Source: Marsupella aquatica
Lineage: Eukaryota > Plantae > Marchantiophyta
DNA: 64,000 bases
Direction of reading: 5' to 3'
Assembly: GCA_973895155.1 (NCBI GenBank)
Contig: OZ316897.1
Location: 15,561,375-15,625,374, forward strand
The first letter of the stretch is position 1; every line of letters begins with the position of its first letter. Both the position numbers and the translations under genes were made by a program. The notes beneath the pieces are model-generated. The model ran no database searches. It worked only from the letters and a program-made list of their open reading frames with translations, and was not told where the DNA came from. This document shows, piece after piece, positions 37,890 through 49,733 of the stretch.

Positions 37890-38580
37890 CCCAGTCCCTC
37901 CCGTAGGACTCCGGTTACACGAGAGTGGTCCCTCCCTCCATCCCGAGTCCCTCCTGTAGGACTCCGGTTACACGAGGAGTGGTTGTGCTTGCTCCCCTCT
38001 GCCCTCTGGACGACTGGACTGTTCCCTAGGACTGCGGTAACTACACTAAAGTTGTGCTTGCTTGCCTCTGGAAGTAGTGGTCCCTAGGAGCGCACTCCTC
38101 CCGTACAGCGGTACAGAAGAATTATGCATGTTTTCCTCTGGACGACTGGACTAGTCCCTAGGACTCCGGTTATTGCACTAGGAGTTATGCTTGCTTGCAT
38201 CTGGACTCTGGAGTAGCCTCTACGACTACTGTATTCACGTGTATACTAGAGTTATGCGTGAGTACACTCGTAAAAGTTATGCTTGCTGGCTATGTACACT
38301 AGTCATAGTTATCCCTGCTTGCTTGCTTGCCTAGGACTATGGTAACTTCAATAGAGTTATGCTTCAGTTATGCTTGCTTGCCTTGCACTACGGTAACTTC
38401 ACTAGAGTTATGCTTGTTTGCTTCCCTACAGACAATGGTTTTTATTCTTTTTGTTTAAGGGGAATGGTAACTACGCTAGAGTTATTTCCTATTCTGGTAC
38501 TTGTTTGCCCATGGACTACAAAAAACTACACTAGAGTTATGCTTGCTTGCTTGCCTACAGACTACGGTAAGTATAGCTAG
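37890..38580. repeat. Degenerate minisatellite array
   Basis: Recurrent GACTACGGTAACTACACTAGAGTTATGCTTGCTTGCC-like units of variable length. Confidence 0.75.
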
Positions 38581-41500
38581 TAGAGTTGAGGCGGGTGTGC
38601 AAAACACGGGCAAGAGGCCGGGCCCATTGTTTCCTTTTATTCTCCTATGAGATTAAATCTGGACCGTTAATGAGTGGAAGTGGCTACTACTTGGATAAAA
38701 ACTTGGGGGCCCATTCAGGTATGGTGTCCAAGGGCCAAGACAACGCTGCTGTGGAAGACAGTTTTTGTCCTTTTGTATACAGGTGGTCCAAATGTTTACT
38801 AACTTTGGCTTTTTCATTCGAGAGAGTTGCAATTATGGAAGTTTTTCTTATTGAAGTTGGCTTCAAAAGATTTTTGGTCTAGAATCTATGGTCAGAACAA
38901 ATGTCGCCTTCTAATGTAGTTTGTTTTCACAAGTGGCCCCTATTTCTTGTAAACTCACCCTTATTTCCTTCCCATTTCCTTCTATACGATGAAACACGGA
39001 CATGAGATACAGTCTGCACTAGTGTTTTCTTTAGTGGCAAAAATTTGCCAAATTCCACCTCCCAAAAAATCTTTCACCACTTTTGGCAAAAATTGGTTAT
39101 TATGTTGCTCTCTCATTAGCCAGTGTTCCACCTAATCACAAGCCCCATTTTCCAGAATCTAAAGGTCAGCTTTAAATCTAGGGAGATCTGACAGTTAGGG
39201 ATATAATACAATAGGGAATCTTTTGAGCATCTTTGCATGCACACCCGGTACATTGGCATTTGCCACTCTGGCTAAAAATTAAAATCCTTAAAAAATAAGC
39301 TGGTCTGCACTACTCCGCAGTGTTGCACTAGACACCCTATTTGTGGGGTGAGATGCACGTCTGTTGTCTATGGAAACACTTCATCCAGCCCACCGCACCA
39401 CCTGCTCGTGTGTAGTATATTCTACAGAATCTGTGCCTTCTGTTCTTGCATGCATGAGACTACGTCCCAAATGTTCTCTTTGCGAAGTGGAAGCTTGTTG
39501 TCTAGAGCAATAAAGTAGAGAAGATTGAAGAGAGCACGTCATGGGCAGGACATTCTCACTTTATCTCGACACTCATGTAAGAAATTTATTGCAAATATCA
39601 CAATAAAGTTAACACTCTCCCTCCTGTCAGGAGTTGTCCAAAATGAAAGCCCTCGCCCCTCGGGAAGACAGCCCTAGTGCCTTTCTAACCTACGACGATT
39701 CTCTCCTGGGAGATCTTTTACCTAAAGCTCAAACCCCTTCGTCCTATCGTATTATATTTCTCTTTAGAGAGGTATTTTTCGTTTGATGAGCTTACCAGGT
39801 CCAGCCCTGATTGCTTCAGAACTTTTTCCACACCCCTTATCTTTTATTAAATTATTACTTTGCTTTATGGGAATACATTGATGGTTCCAATCCCAGCAGA
39901 TTAGATAAAGGTTAGTCCATCTCCTTTGATCTTATGTTTTCCTTTTAGGTGTCTTTTCCTGAACTTATGGGTTAATCATAATTAAGCCCAATGTGATATC
40001 AGAGGTATGCTTGGAACTAATACACATGTACTTTTCAAAACTTAGGGAAGCTCAGTGTCCAATTACATAATCACACTGTGAACCTACTCGTCATGTCCTA
40101 TTGTCAGGTCAAGTGAAGTCTCTAAACCGAGACACATGGGGCATAACTGAAGTTTGGGATGCGGGTGGAATATGGGGATTGGGGGCAAGGTGAGTCCATG
40201 AATATGGCGCAGCATGTGAGGAGTCACTGGAAACCAATTGAACCATGAATCGGTAAACACCAAAGGGCTTCAATGTCCTGGCCCGGGGTTATGGCCTCTA
40301 GTTACGTTCAAAGAATGGGCCTTCACCCCTTACCCCACCATGCAATCTTGGCTCTAAACTATAGCCTTGCTAAGATATACATCTGAAATATTTTTGGTTT
40401 TAATGTAATTATTATACATTCTCTGACAAATGCAATAAAATGTACCTGTGCAATCTGATCGGCCAATTTTGGCTGACAGAATGGCCTAACCTTGTCCATA
40501 TTTGCTTTTGCATCAAACCATCTTTTCCTCCATGATTATAGAGAAAACTGAAGATACTAATGTCCATGTATGGGGTTCCCAAAGGGGTTAGAGCATCTCC
40601 AACCATGGGCTGCAAAGGCAAGGTCCCTCCTCGGGTCCCTCAGAATCCAACAAGAATGGAACAAGGGCATAATTAGCAACACCCAGCTGTTCAACATGAT
40701 ACCTCATGTTACCCCTAGCATGATAACTCGTGCATCTCAATTATGAGGGGTTTTAACCAGAACGAAAGGACAAAATGCTAGAGGTCACCTTTGCTCAACC
40801 ATTCCGGATCCACAGGTCCATTGAGAGTGTCCCCTGATTAAAAAAAGGTGCTCAGGTAATGTATTAAATATTAGTTGACAGGATGAGAAGCAACTGAGAG
40901 GTCCTTTCAAAATTCCAGAGCCGGTTTCAGAGGTGGTCTAAATTTTGGCCAAAACTACACAGTACACATAAGGCATAGTTGTTTTCCAAAACATACTCTT
41001 CTTGGAAACCCCACAGAAAGGGAACAATCAGTCACAAAATTCTAACCCAAGACCTACCAATCTTCACTCAAGTGAAATACCACACAACCATGCTTTTCAC
41101 TAAACTTTTGTCAAAACGATTCAAACAAAACATTTGGTTTTTAGTATCTCTGCAGAAGTATTCAGATTCCAAATTAACTTGAAACTATTTTTGCCACCTT
41201 TTGGTATATATGCCATTTACTACATTGTCACCATTTCTGGGGTCAGACTATATTGTTTGCCACTCTTTTTGATCTAATTGTTATGTTGCCATCTTTTTCC
41301 ATCATTGATTAAGCATTGTAACTCTGTTCAGCTTGGAATGAGATGATAATCAATATCTTGCTAGGTTTTTGCATTAAAGGGTCCTCACCGTCCTTAACAA
41401 GGATGAGGCCAAGCCATACTAACCAATGACTTTTCCACATTTCCCTAAACTTTTAGACGTGCATCCAGAAATCCAGGATCATTCTGGAATTCCAAAGAGT

Positions 41501-41642
41501 TACAATTGAAGGCATGGCTTGAGACCTAATTAACATGGTGGTGGCTACTGTATTTAGGGTGGCGGCTGAATGAAAAGGAAGGAAATAGGTACATGCCATG
41601 AGATTGAGATGAAAAGGTAACCCCTGCCTTATGGGCGGGTCA

Positions 41643-41666
41643 ACCCCCCCCCCCCCCCCCCCCCCC
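41643..41666. repeat. Poly(C) run of ~23 nt
   Basis: Seen directly in the sequence. Confidence 0.9.
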
Positions 41667-44469
41667 GTGCTGTTTCTAATTCCTTACCTGGGTCCTATAC
41701 GGGTCCCATAGCTAGAGTTATGGGATGGACCATAAATCTGCAACGTTGAGTCATGCTCCAGGTTTGACACAAGCTTTGAGATGCCCTGATAGATGGACAA
41801 GCTCTTAATTTTGTTAGAAACTGGTCCCTACGAAGGAAAGGTTTTGATTGATGGGTTGACAACATGTATTGTGATAAAACCAATAAGTTTTGGTGTTAGT
41901 TGGGAGGTTGTATCCAAGATGGACATTTATCATGAGACGACCCCACTCCCCGTGCATTGCATGATTGTTGTTATAACAATTTCATTCTTGCAATCAATTT
42001 ATCACTGCCATTATTTCATTGTTTGGCCATTTCATTCTAGCCGCCATTGTGTCATTGCTCAATCCTGTTATTTCAAAAAAGACTTTAGGGTTTAATGTGT
42101 GTAACTTGGAGAATATACTTCATAGAGGGAATAGAATAGACTTCGAATTCTTTTTCACTTTTCTATAGATAATTATCTTAAACTCAAAACTATAATAAAT
42201 GTATTGTTTTCCGTGAATGGGGGCACACATATGTCCAAATGTTTTCTAAATGTAAGGTGGGACCGAATTAGATTCTCTTTTCACACGCATTCACCCATGA
42301 CCGCCACATGTCAGCTCAACACTCAATTTCAAAATCCTTGAGATTGGAGTCTTGTTACGGATGTAAGTGTCTAGGTGTGGGTGCACCTATCAGTTGATTT
42401 ATTGAACAATATGAAACTCAAATCGCCACCCACAAAAGAGAAGAAACCTCACAATTAACCTGGCTTGGTTGCTGGCGATGATAGTATCTCTTTCTGGCAA
42501 CTACATCTATTATGTAGACTGATCCCTAGACTGATCCCTATGCAAGGAAGGTGGTTGAATCAAGGATGCTGAAATTTTAGGCTAGGTTTTCATCGCCATT
42601 GGATCAGATGCACAGACCCTCACTACTGCCTGTTTTATGCCCCATCCCCACCCTTGCTTCCCTGTTTCCAGAGTGCTCTCCTCCACCCCCACCATAGGTA
42701 CCCCCAAATGCTCTGCTCCAAATGTGATAGAAAAACTCTTAGATTCCTCAATGTGGCAATCTCAGGGCCATAGGATCTTCTGTGGTTAACCAGGGTTGAG
42801 TCACTTAAGTTGTGACAACAAACGTGAGTAATGTATTAATTAATTATGTAGTGATATTTGACAGATAAGCATTGGCAGTGTAGTGGGGTGTCTCAAACCT
42901 TCTATCCCACCCAGGTTATATTCTACTGGAATGCTGTGGGCCGGGTCACAGCTTAAAAATGTGCAATTCTCAAGGCTTCTGCCACTGACTCATGCATTTG
43001 CACCAAAAATTGGTCGTCGCAAATGCAACATTGCCCTTCAGAATAGCAATCCATCTCAAACCAACACGTCCCCCCTCCCCCCTCTTTCAAAGCCTAGTTT
43101 ATAGCATTTTTCTTTTTCAGCCAGTGTGGCAAATGTCAGCCTTTTGGGAAGATGCTACAAATTCATCTGTTTTTTTCTTGGATTTTTTTTAATTTTTAAT
43201 TTTTTTTTCAAACTTCATTTATTCCGCTTGAACCCCATGGAGAGGGAGAGCAGCAGGCCCAAAAGGCAAAAGCAGCTCCAAAGGCCAGAAAACAGAGAAC
43301 AGATATAGTACCTTAAGTCAAATTCAGCATAGTAAGTCTAAGTGCACCCATTTCTACAATAGAGTTCTTCTGTGGAAGGAAGTAGCCCATCCTCAAGTCA
43401 GCCCAGTCCCTTAGCTACGTTCTACCTTCACATCTAAGCCGGTCCAAAATTCTACCTCCAGTTTCAAATTCTTGGATTATTTTCTTAGCCTTAGATCTCC
43501 CAAAGGATGATCGTTAGAAACTGGCTAAATCAGATACAAACAAACTATTCAATTAGGTGGAATCTGGCTAAAGTTTGCATCTAAAAGAATCCGCTGCCCC
43601 TTACGTTGAGTTTGGCTGAAAAACTAAAAAAACAAAGTACTTAACCACTAGAGATATTCCAATGACAATATTTCCATTATTTATATTTATAAAAATATCA
43701 GAATTTAGTATATGGATGACAAGTTGACCAAAGTAACCCAAAAGAAACATATAAAAAATAGTGTCATTTTAGCAAATAAAAAACTTATTTACAGTATTAT
43801 TGTAAACTAAAATATCTTTAGTGTCCATTTACATACATCTGGCAATGTGCTTAAAAGGTCTAAAAAAAAATAAGCTGCCCCCAAGGTTAAGTTTGGCTGA
43901 AATGGGTTTTACTAGGGTCGAGGACTGAAATTTACTGCTCATCCGTCTCATCTGACGCCTCAGCGATCCTTTCTCAACGATCGCTGATTCGCTGTTTATT
44001 TCCAGTAAACAAATCGAGCGAATTGTCTCAATCCTTTCTCAACGATCGCTGATTCGCTGACTCTCTGTCTACAGGAGTACATGGGCAACTCCATTATTAA
44101 TTTATTACTCCTCGTTTCAAAAACTCGCATCGTTCTGCAGTTCTGCTACACTTCTACGGCTCGTCGGCTCGACCTTCAAATCTCCAGCCGATCGATTGAT
44201 GGGCGACCCATTTGACTTCGACACCAGCCTGTCACACAGCTTTATTTTGTTGTGATATGAATCTATGAGGCTACGTTGTCGAGTCACACTGTCACAGAGC
44301 TTTACGGTAGTGATTGAGGCTGCGTTTTCGGATTCCAGCACACTAATAAGGTTCGATGATTGCTGCCGCTCCATACCCGTGCGGGCCGTGCGGCGGTGCG
44401 GGGCTGCTGCCGTGCTGCGTGCTGAGAGACTGCGGACGCAAATGAGTGAGTGAATGTAATTAATGATGA

Positions 44470-44960
44470 CAACTGGGAGTGATTTCGCTCGTCAACGGTA
44501 TTGCACTGTTCCTGACTTCCAGTTCAGGCCCAGGGAGTGGATGATTCTTGAGCCAAATTGGCACTAAAACCTCTGGGGATGTGATGAGTCGGTGCATTTT
44601 CCGTCCCTTCTTGTTGACGGGCGGTATGCTTGTGGCACTGTGGCCACTTCATTCCCTGAGTTGAGAGAACAACTGGCTGTGATTTCGCTTGTCAGCGGTT
44701 TTGTATTATTTGTGTCGTGTCTGCTTGTGGCATTGTGGCCTCACTCACCTTTGCCCCTTGAATCTGAATGAAGATAAGTACAGTAGGTGTGATTTCGCTC
44801 GTCAACGTTGTTGTACTGTTGCTGTTCTGGCAAAGTGGACGACACTGGAGCGATATCTGCAGTAGAACCTCTGTGAGTCAGTGATGAGTAGGTGCATTTT
44901 CCGTCCTTGATGAAGGGCGTGTCTGCGTGTGGCTTTGTGGCCTTATTCACTTCCTTCAAT
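44470..44960. repeat. Diverged triplication of a ~110-200-bp unit
   Basis: GTGATTTCGCTYGTCARCG at ~44479, ~44679 and ~44789. TGTGGCWYTGTGGCC at ~44631, ~44726 and ~44928. GATGAGTMGGTGCATTTTCCGTCC at ~44583 and ~44883. Confidence 0.75.
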
Positions 44961-47179
44961 CGCTCTACAAACTTGTTCATCTCATCCCTGTGCTTTGGGT
45001 CTTGCGTAACAGACATTGGGAATTTGCCAGCCCTTGAGCGGTCATGGGGCCGGGCGTTGTGGAGATGTTAGCAGGGCACTGAAATGTGCGTCTCGTTGAT
45101 GAAATTACTCTTCTGAACATTCGTTTTCACAAGTACTGTAGTTTCTGAAAGCGATACCAATGGCTATGGACTAAAAATCGACAAGACAATCTTCCTACGT
45201 ACTATTTCCTCCACAGAGAGATGGTGCTCGTGCTCGTGCTCGTGGGAAGAGAGAATGACATGCGCAGTTGCCCACTCACAGCGACCATCCTCACAGTTTG
45301 CCACAGAAATGTGCTGCTGGAGATTTGGTTTGTGGCGCAGGATCCGAAGACCCAAAACCTTACTTTGCGGCAAAACAACTTCGTAAATTTAATTGGTGTT
45401 CGTGGATTACCATAACGCTTTTCAAAGGAATTTTTGTACAGAGTAAAGCCCTCAAGCTATGGCATTTCCTCCATTTCCTCTGGGCACCCATCATGTGTAA
45501 CCATTTGGACTTTTGGTGATGCCGTTAGAAATTAAAAACAGCTCACTCTAACCCAATCATGTAATGAAATGTGATATTTTAAAACTTTTTGAACCTTACT
45601 CTATATACGTTTCTAAGAAGTATTCTTCAAAATGTATTGAAATAACCTTATTCTTTGTACACATGTGATGGTTCACTAGCACAGAAGTGAAGCCCCAGAG
45701 CTATGCGTCGAATCCACAAAAGCATGTATTTTATATACACATCGGTATTATACAACATACTAGCTGAAATATTTTAATACTCTTGAGCGTATAGGGTTAT
45801 ATAAAGATCTTCTGTGACCTTATGACTCATCAAATTGGATTGGCAGCAATGTTTCTCTGGATCATTCTAAAGACAAAAACACCTGTCACCCATATTTACA
45901 AACCAAACCAGAAAGATGGCCAAACAAAGATCAAGGGACCCGCCACACAGGCACAAGGAAACAAAAGACAACACCATGAAGGAGAGAGACGGAGGGAGAG
46001 AGGCAACTACATTTCCCCCCTTGGAATTTGCCTTTTTATTTCCAATAAACAAAAAGGGGGTGCTATAACATGGGAAGTCCCTAAATGGGATAGCCCCAAG
46101 GGGAATATATCCAAAATGGCAAGACAATTTTACAAAAGATGACAACGAGGACAGGAATTTGGATAATTGTTTTTGGCCTCCTTGCATGTTAAATCATTTG
46201 ATCTCTCACACATTTATGTATTTCATGGAAGCGACCGCCTCAAAAGATTAAATATTGAAGTCAGAGCCGGATTTATGCTAATGAAGAACCCAACCTAAAT
46301 TTGCATGGATGGTTTAATGTGTATTATATATTGTGGAAACATGGCCTCTGTTACGCAAAACAAATTCTTATCTGGGTTTACAAGCATCCTATGGTACCAA
46401 GGCAAAAATTCACTAGAGTGACTGAGCAACCAATACCCTAGTCATTCCAGACCTGTGCAAAACATTAATTATTTTCATTTTAGTAAATAATGCAAGGGTC
46501 AGTATATTATGAAACAAAAGTAGACCTAAAAGAAAAAGGAACCAGTTGTTGATCACAGTTGACTACTTTGATTACCTTGGGGAGAAAATAGTCAAGAAAT
46601 CATGGTGATCTTGAATAATGACATATTGAGTTGTCAGCTTACCAAGAAAACCAATTCGGTAATGGAATTGAAACCGGGTGCAAACAATAAAGAGATCATT
46701 TACAGGGGTCACATTTCAATTAAACGTGTAAATAGTGTCCTCTAAGTCAATGGAAATGTTCTGAGCAAGTCTATCTAAGCTTTGCTAGTCCATCTGGGCT
46801 TCATAGACAAAGTGGAGGTCCATCTAGGCTTTAGTTTCATATATTATTCACAAGATCTCATTTTTAGAACATGGTTACACTGAAAAGTTCTTTTTACACC
46901 ATAATACTCAGAATATTCCTAAAATTTGCATGACAGTTTTCTTTCTAGTTTTTAGAAAGACTTCAAAAGATTTTGTTGGTGCGACCCTAGATTAGAATTT
47001 GTTTTTCATTTATTGTGCAGACATAGTTGGGATTCCAGTTGTATTAAATACAAACTCAAACTACTATCTTATGATTACTCAAGGAAGTAATACCGGGAGG
47101 ACACTAGTCAATTTGTTAATTGATAATACGGCTGTCTGCTATTTGCACATCAAACATTCCAAATGATCACGAGTGCGGC

Positions 47180-47580
47180 AACGCAACTCCCCTTTTTATA
47201 TTCCCACTTTTGAATTCCTTGTAATGATTTTATTTCCAATTGACCATGCCAAGCTTCACTTTAGTCTATTACATTCTTGTACCTCTCAACTCAAGAATCC
47301 AAATATGTAACTTGAAGACAAACAAAACTTGTTTGTGCATGTAAAGTTTTTATCAAAACCAAATTATATGGTTTTTAATACTGGGGTCTACAGACAAACT
47401 AGCCAACATTTTAGTATTTCTATAACATTTAAAAAAAATTCAATCAAGATTACAAGAAGTTTAGTAATAGTTTTATTCTTATGTTGTAAAAGAAGAAAAT
47501 CAAACTTTGTATGACTCAAAAAGTTTTTAAGCCAAAAAGCCAACGTTTGCAATTTTTTATTTTCAGTGGGTATAAATGTA
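47180..47580 (+). repeat. Dispersed AT-rich repeat, homologous in direct orientation to ~63620-64000
   Basis: Shared blocks CCAATTGACCATGC, CTTGTACCTCTCAACT..GAATCCAA, ATCAAAACCAAATTATAT and GGGGTCTA..CAAACTAGCCA. Confidence 0.7.
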
Positions 47581-49111
47581 GATCTCTGTCTATTATACAA
47601 GAGTTGCAATGTTCCTTCATGCAAATATGTTATTGTTATCCCTAAATCAATTTTTACCAATTTTTTTCCTTTTTCTTTTTAGAAAAGGCGACAGTGCGCA
47701 AACTATTTTCAAAAGAACCTCAGCAAAAAACTAGCGGCAAAAAGAACAACAAACTCAATTTTTACTCAATAACAGCGGTGCTGCAAATATATTCTTGCTG
47801 TTCCTAAATCAGTTTTTACTCAATAACAGCAGTGCATGAAACCATACAATCCGCAGTCAGGAACAAAAATGCAAGTATTGTGTCAATGATGCCAAGATAA
47901 ATTTTATTTGATGCATGCACCAAAAACCAATTGTTCAAATGTATTGATGGAGCAATGAAATAGAAGCACTTAATTATATTGAAAATTATTGAGAGTGTTA
48001 TCTTAGAGCAAGTGTTATCTTAGAGCAATCCCCCTGAGTGGTTGTCCTCAACAGCTGGCCGATAAGGTATTCAGCATGACCGGAAGAAAACAGCCCGTCT
48101 GGAATCCCCCACTGGAACTCAGAATTTCTCCAGGAGGCCTCCCTCATCAATAAAATTCCCTCCCTTGTGCCAACCTTGCCTGCACTCTCACTATCGCACG
48201 GTGTCCAGCAAGCCAAGGCTTTAATTAGCTGAGACTCGCTCTCCTTGAATGACTGTGGTGATACGATTGAGCTCTACTGCACCTTCAACTTGTGGGCCCA
48301 CTGCTGCATGCTGGACAAGTACTTCCACCAGGGGTTCTTCAAAATTATGGATGATGGCATTTGGTCGTAAAGGAATTATCTAGATTTTTCACCAACCACT
48401 AGAGTGATTGACTGATGGTAGTGGCATAAAATTGAATCCTTGTGACAAAAAGTTATGGACTATGAATTTCATAAAGTGTTTGTATCCATAACCCATAACT
48501 AGGGAGTTAAGGGCCCCCTACTATGCCAATGGCAAACTAGCAAATAAAGAGACAAAAATTTCACATTGGAAGAGTTGAAGCAATTCTCTGTAGTTCTCGG
48601 ATACACTTTTTGCAGGATCCCATCATTGGAAATGGGCAGAAGAATGGAGCCCAAAGACCTCTCTATCTCTTCTCATTCTCTTAGGAAACTATTAGCTTAT
48701 GTCAAGAGTGTAGTTTTGGCCAAAGTCTAGACAACCTATCATTCTATGCTCAGCCTGCCAGTACACTATTAAATGGACTACATACCTGGCACTTTTGGGT
48801 CTCCTAATTGACATGTACCTGACCACCACCACCTTTCCGATCAAGAGAATCTAAATGGACCTCTGGATCCACAGGGCTGGTATCTTACTACATAATTGCC
48901 AACAGAAGCTACTTTTGAGGGTTATTGTCTAGAGTGAAGCATCTAGACACTCTAGGCTCTAACTCAAATAAAGACAAAATGTATAATGATTCTGAATAAG
49001 ACAAATGTGCACCAAAAAATAGATTTGCAAAGATAACTGAATATAGTTTTTTTTTTTCAATTCTATTTAAGTTCAAGAAGTAGTCAGGCTACCGTAGTAG
49101 TGAAACTATGG

Positions 49112-49259
49112 TGCTGAGAAAACAGAAGGACCTCTTGTTCCTATGAAGTGAGTTGTAAATTTTGTATATATGGCACTGCTGAGAAAACAGAAGGACCTCT
49201 TGTTCCTATGAAGTGAGTTGTAAATTTTGTATATATCGCACTGCTGAGAAAACAGAAGG
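49112..49259. repeat. ~65-bp tandem repeat (2 units plus a partial unit)
   Basis: TGCTGAGAAAACAGAAGGACCTCTTGTTCCTATGAAGTGAGTTGTAAATTTTGTATATAT is repeated. Confidence 0.9.
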
Positions 49260-49733
49260 CGCCCAACCGGGAGAAATCATCTTACCCGAATGAGACACAA
49301 TAGAGCCCGGAGAGGAAACAAAGGAAGACCCAAGGACGACCACGGAGCCGAGAAGTCCTGAATGACTCCACGAAAGTCCCCCAAAACAACAACCACCTAA
49401 AACCGTTGGCAAACTGGCAGGCCAGACAGAGCTTATTATGGCTCCTGCGGCAACTACAACTATCACTTCAGTGCGACTGACTGGCGAAGGCCAGAACGCT
49501 GCGAGATTCATTGTTGAAGGCCACCACCTATTGCACAAAACCCGTTCCAATGATTAAACTCGTTAGGATAGAGAAACCCATTCCAATGATCTAAGTCGTT
49601 AGGATAGAGAGTAAAGGGTACTCCATATGCAAACCCCATCGAAACACCACAGTCAAAAATTAAACCTATCCAAAGGCACCCAAATACTTTTATCCGTAGA
49701 AATCAAAGCGTTTTCAACCCTCTTGAATATATA

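Noticed and set aside
35635-38087. Numerous overlapping 60-180-aa ORFs upstream of MAPKKK copy 1
   Set aside because: This is low-complexity GC/CT-rich leader and microsatellite sequence with no domain signatures.
41560-42046. Short imperfect inverted repeat (GGCGGCT-GAATGAAA) as MITE TIRs
   Set aside because: No convincing TSD or defined termini were found.
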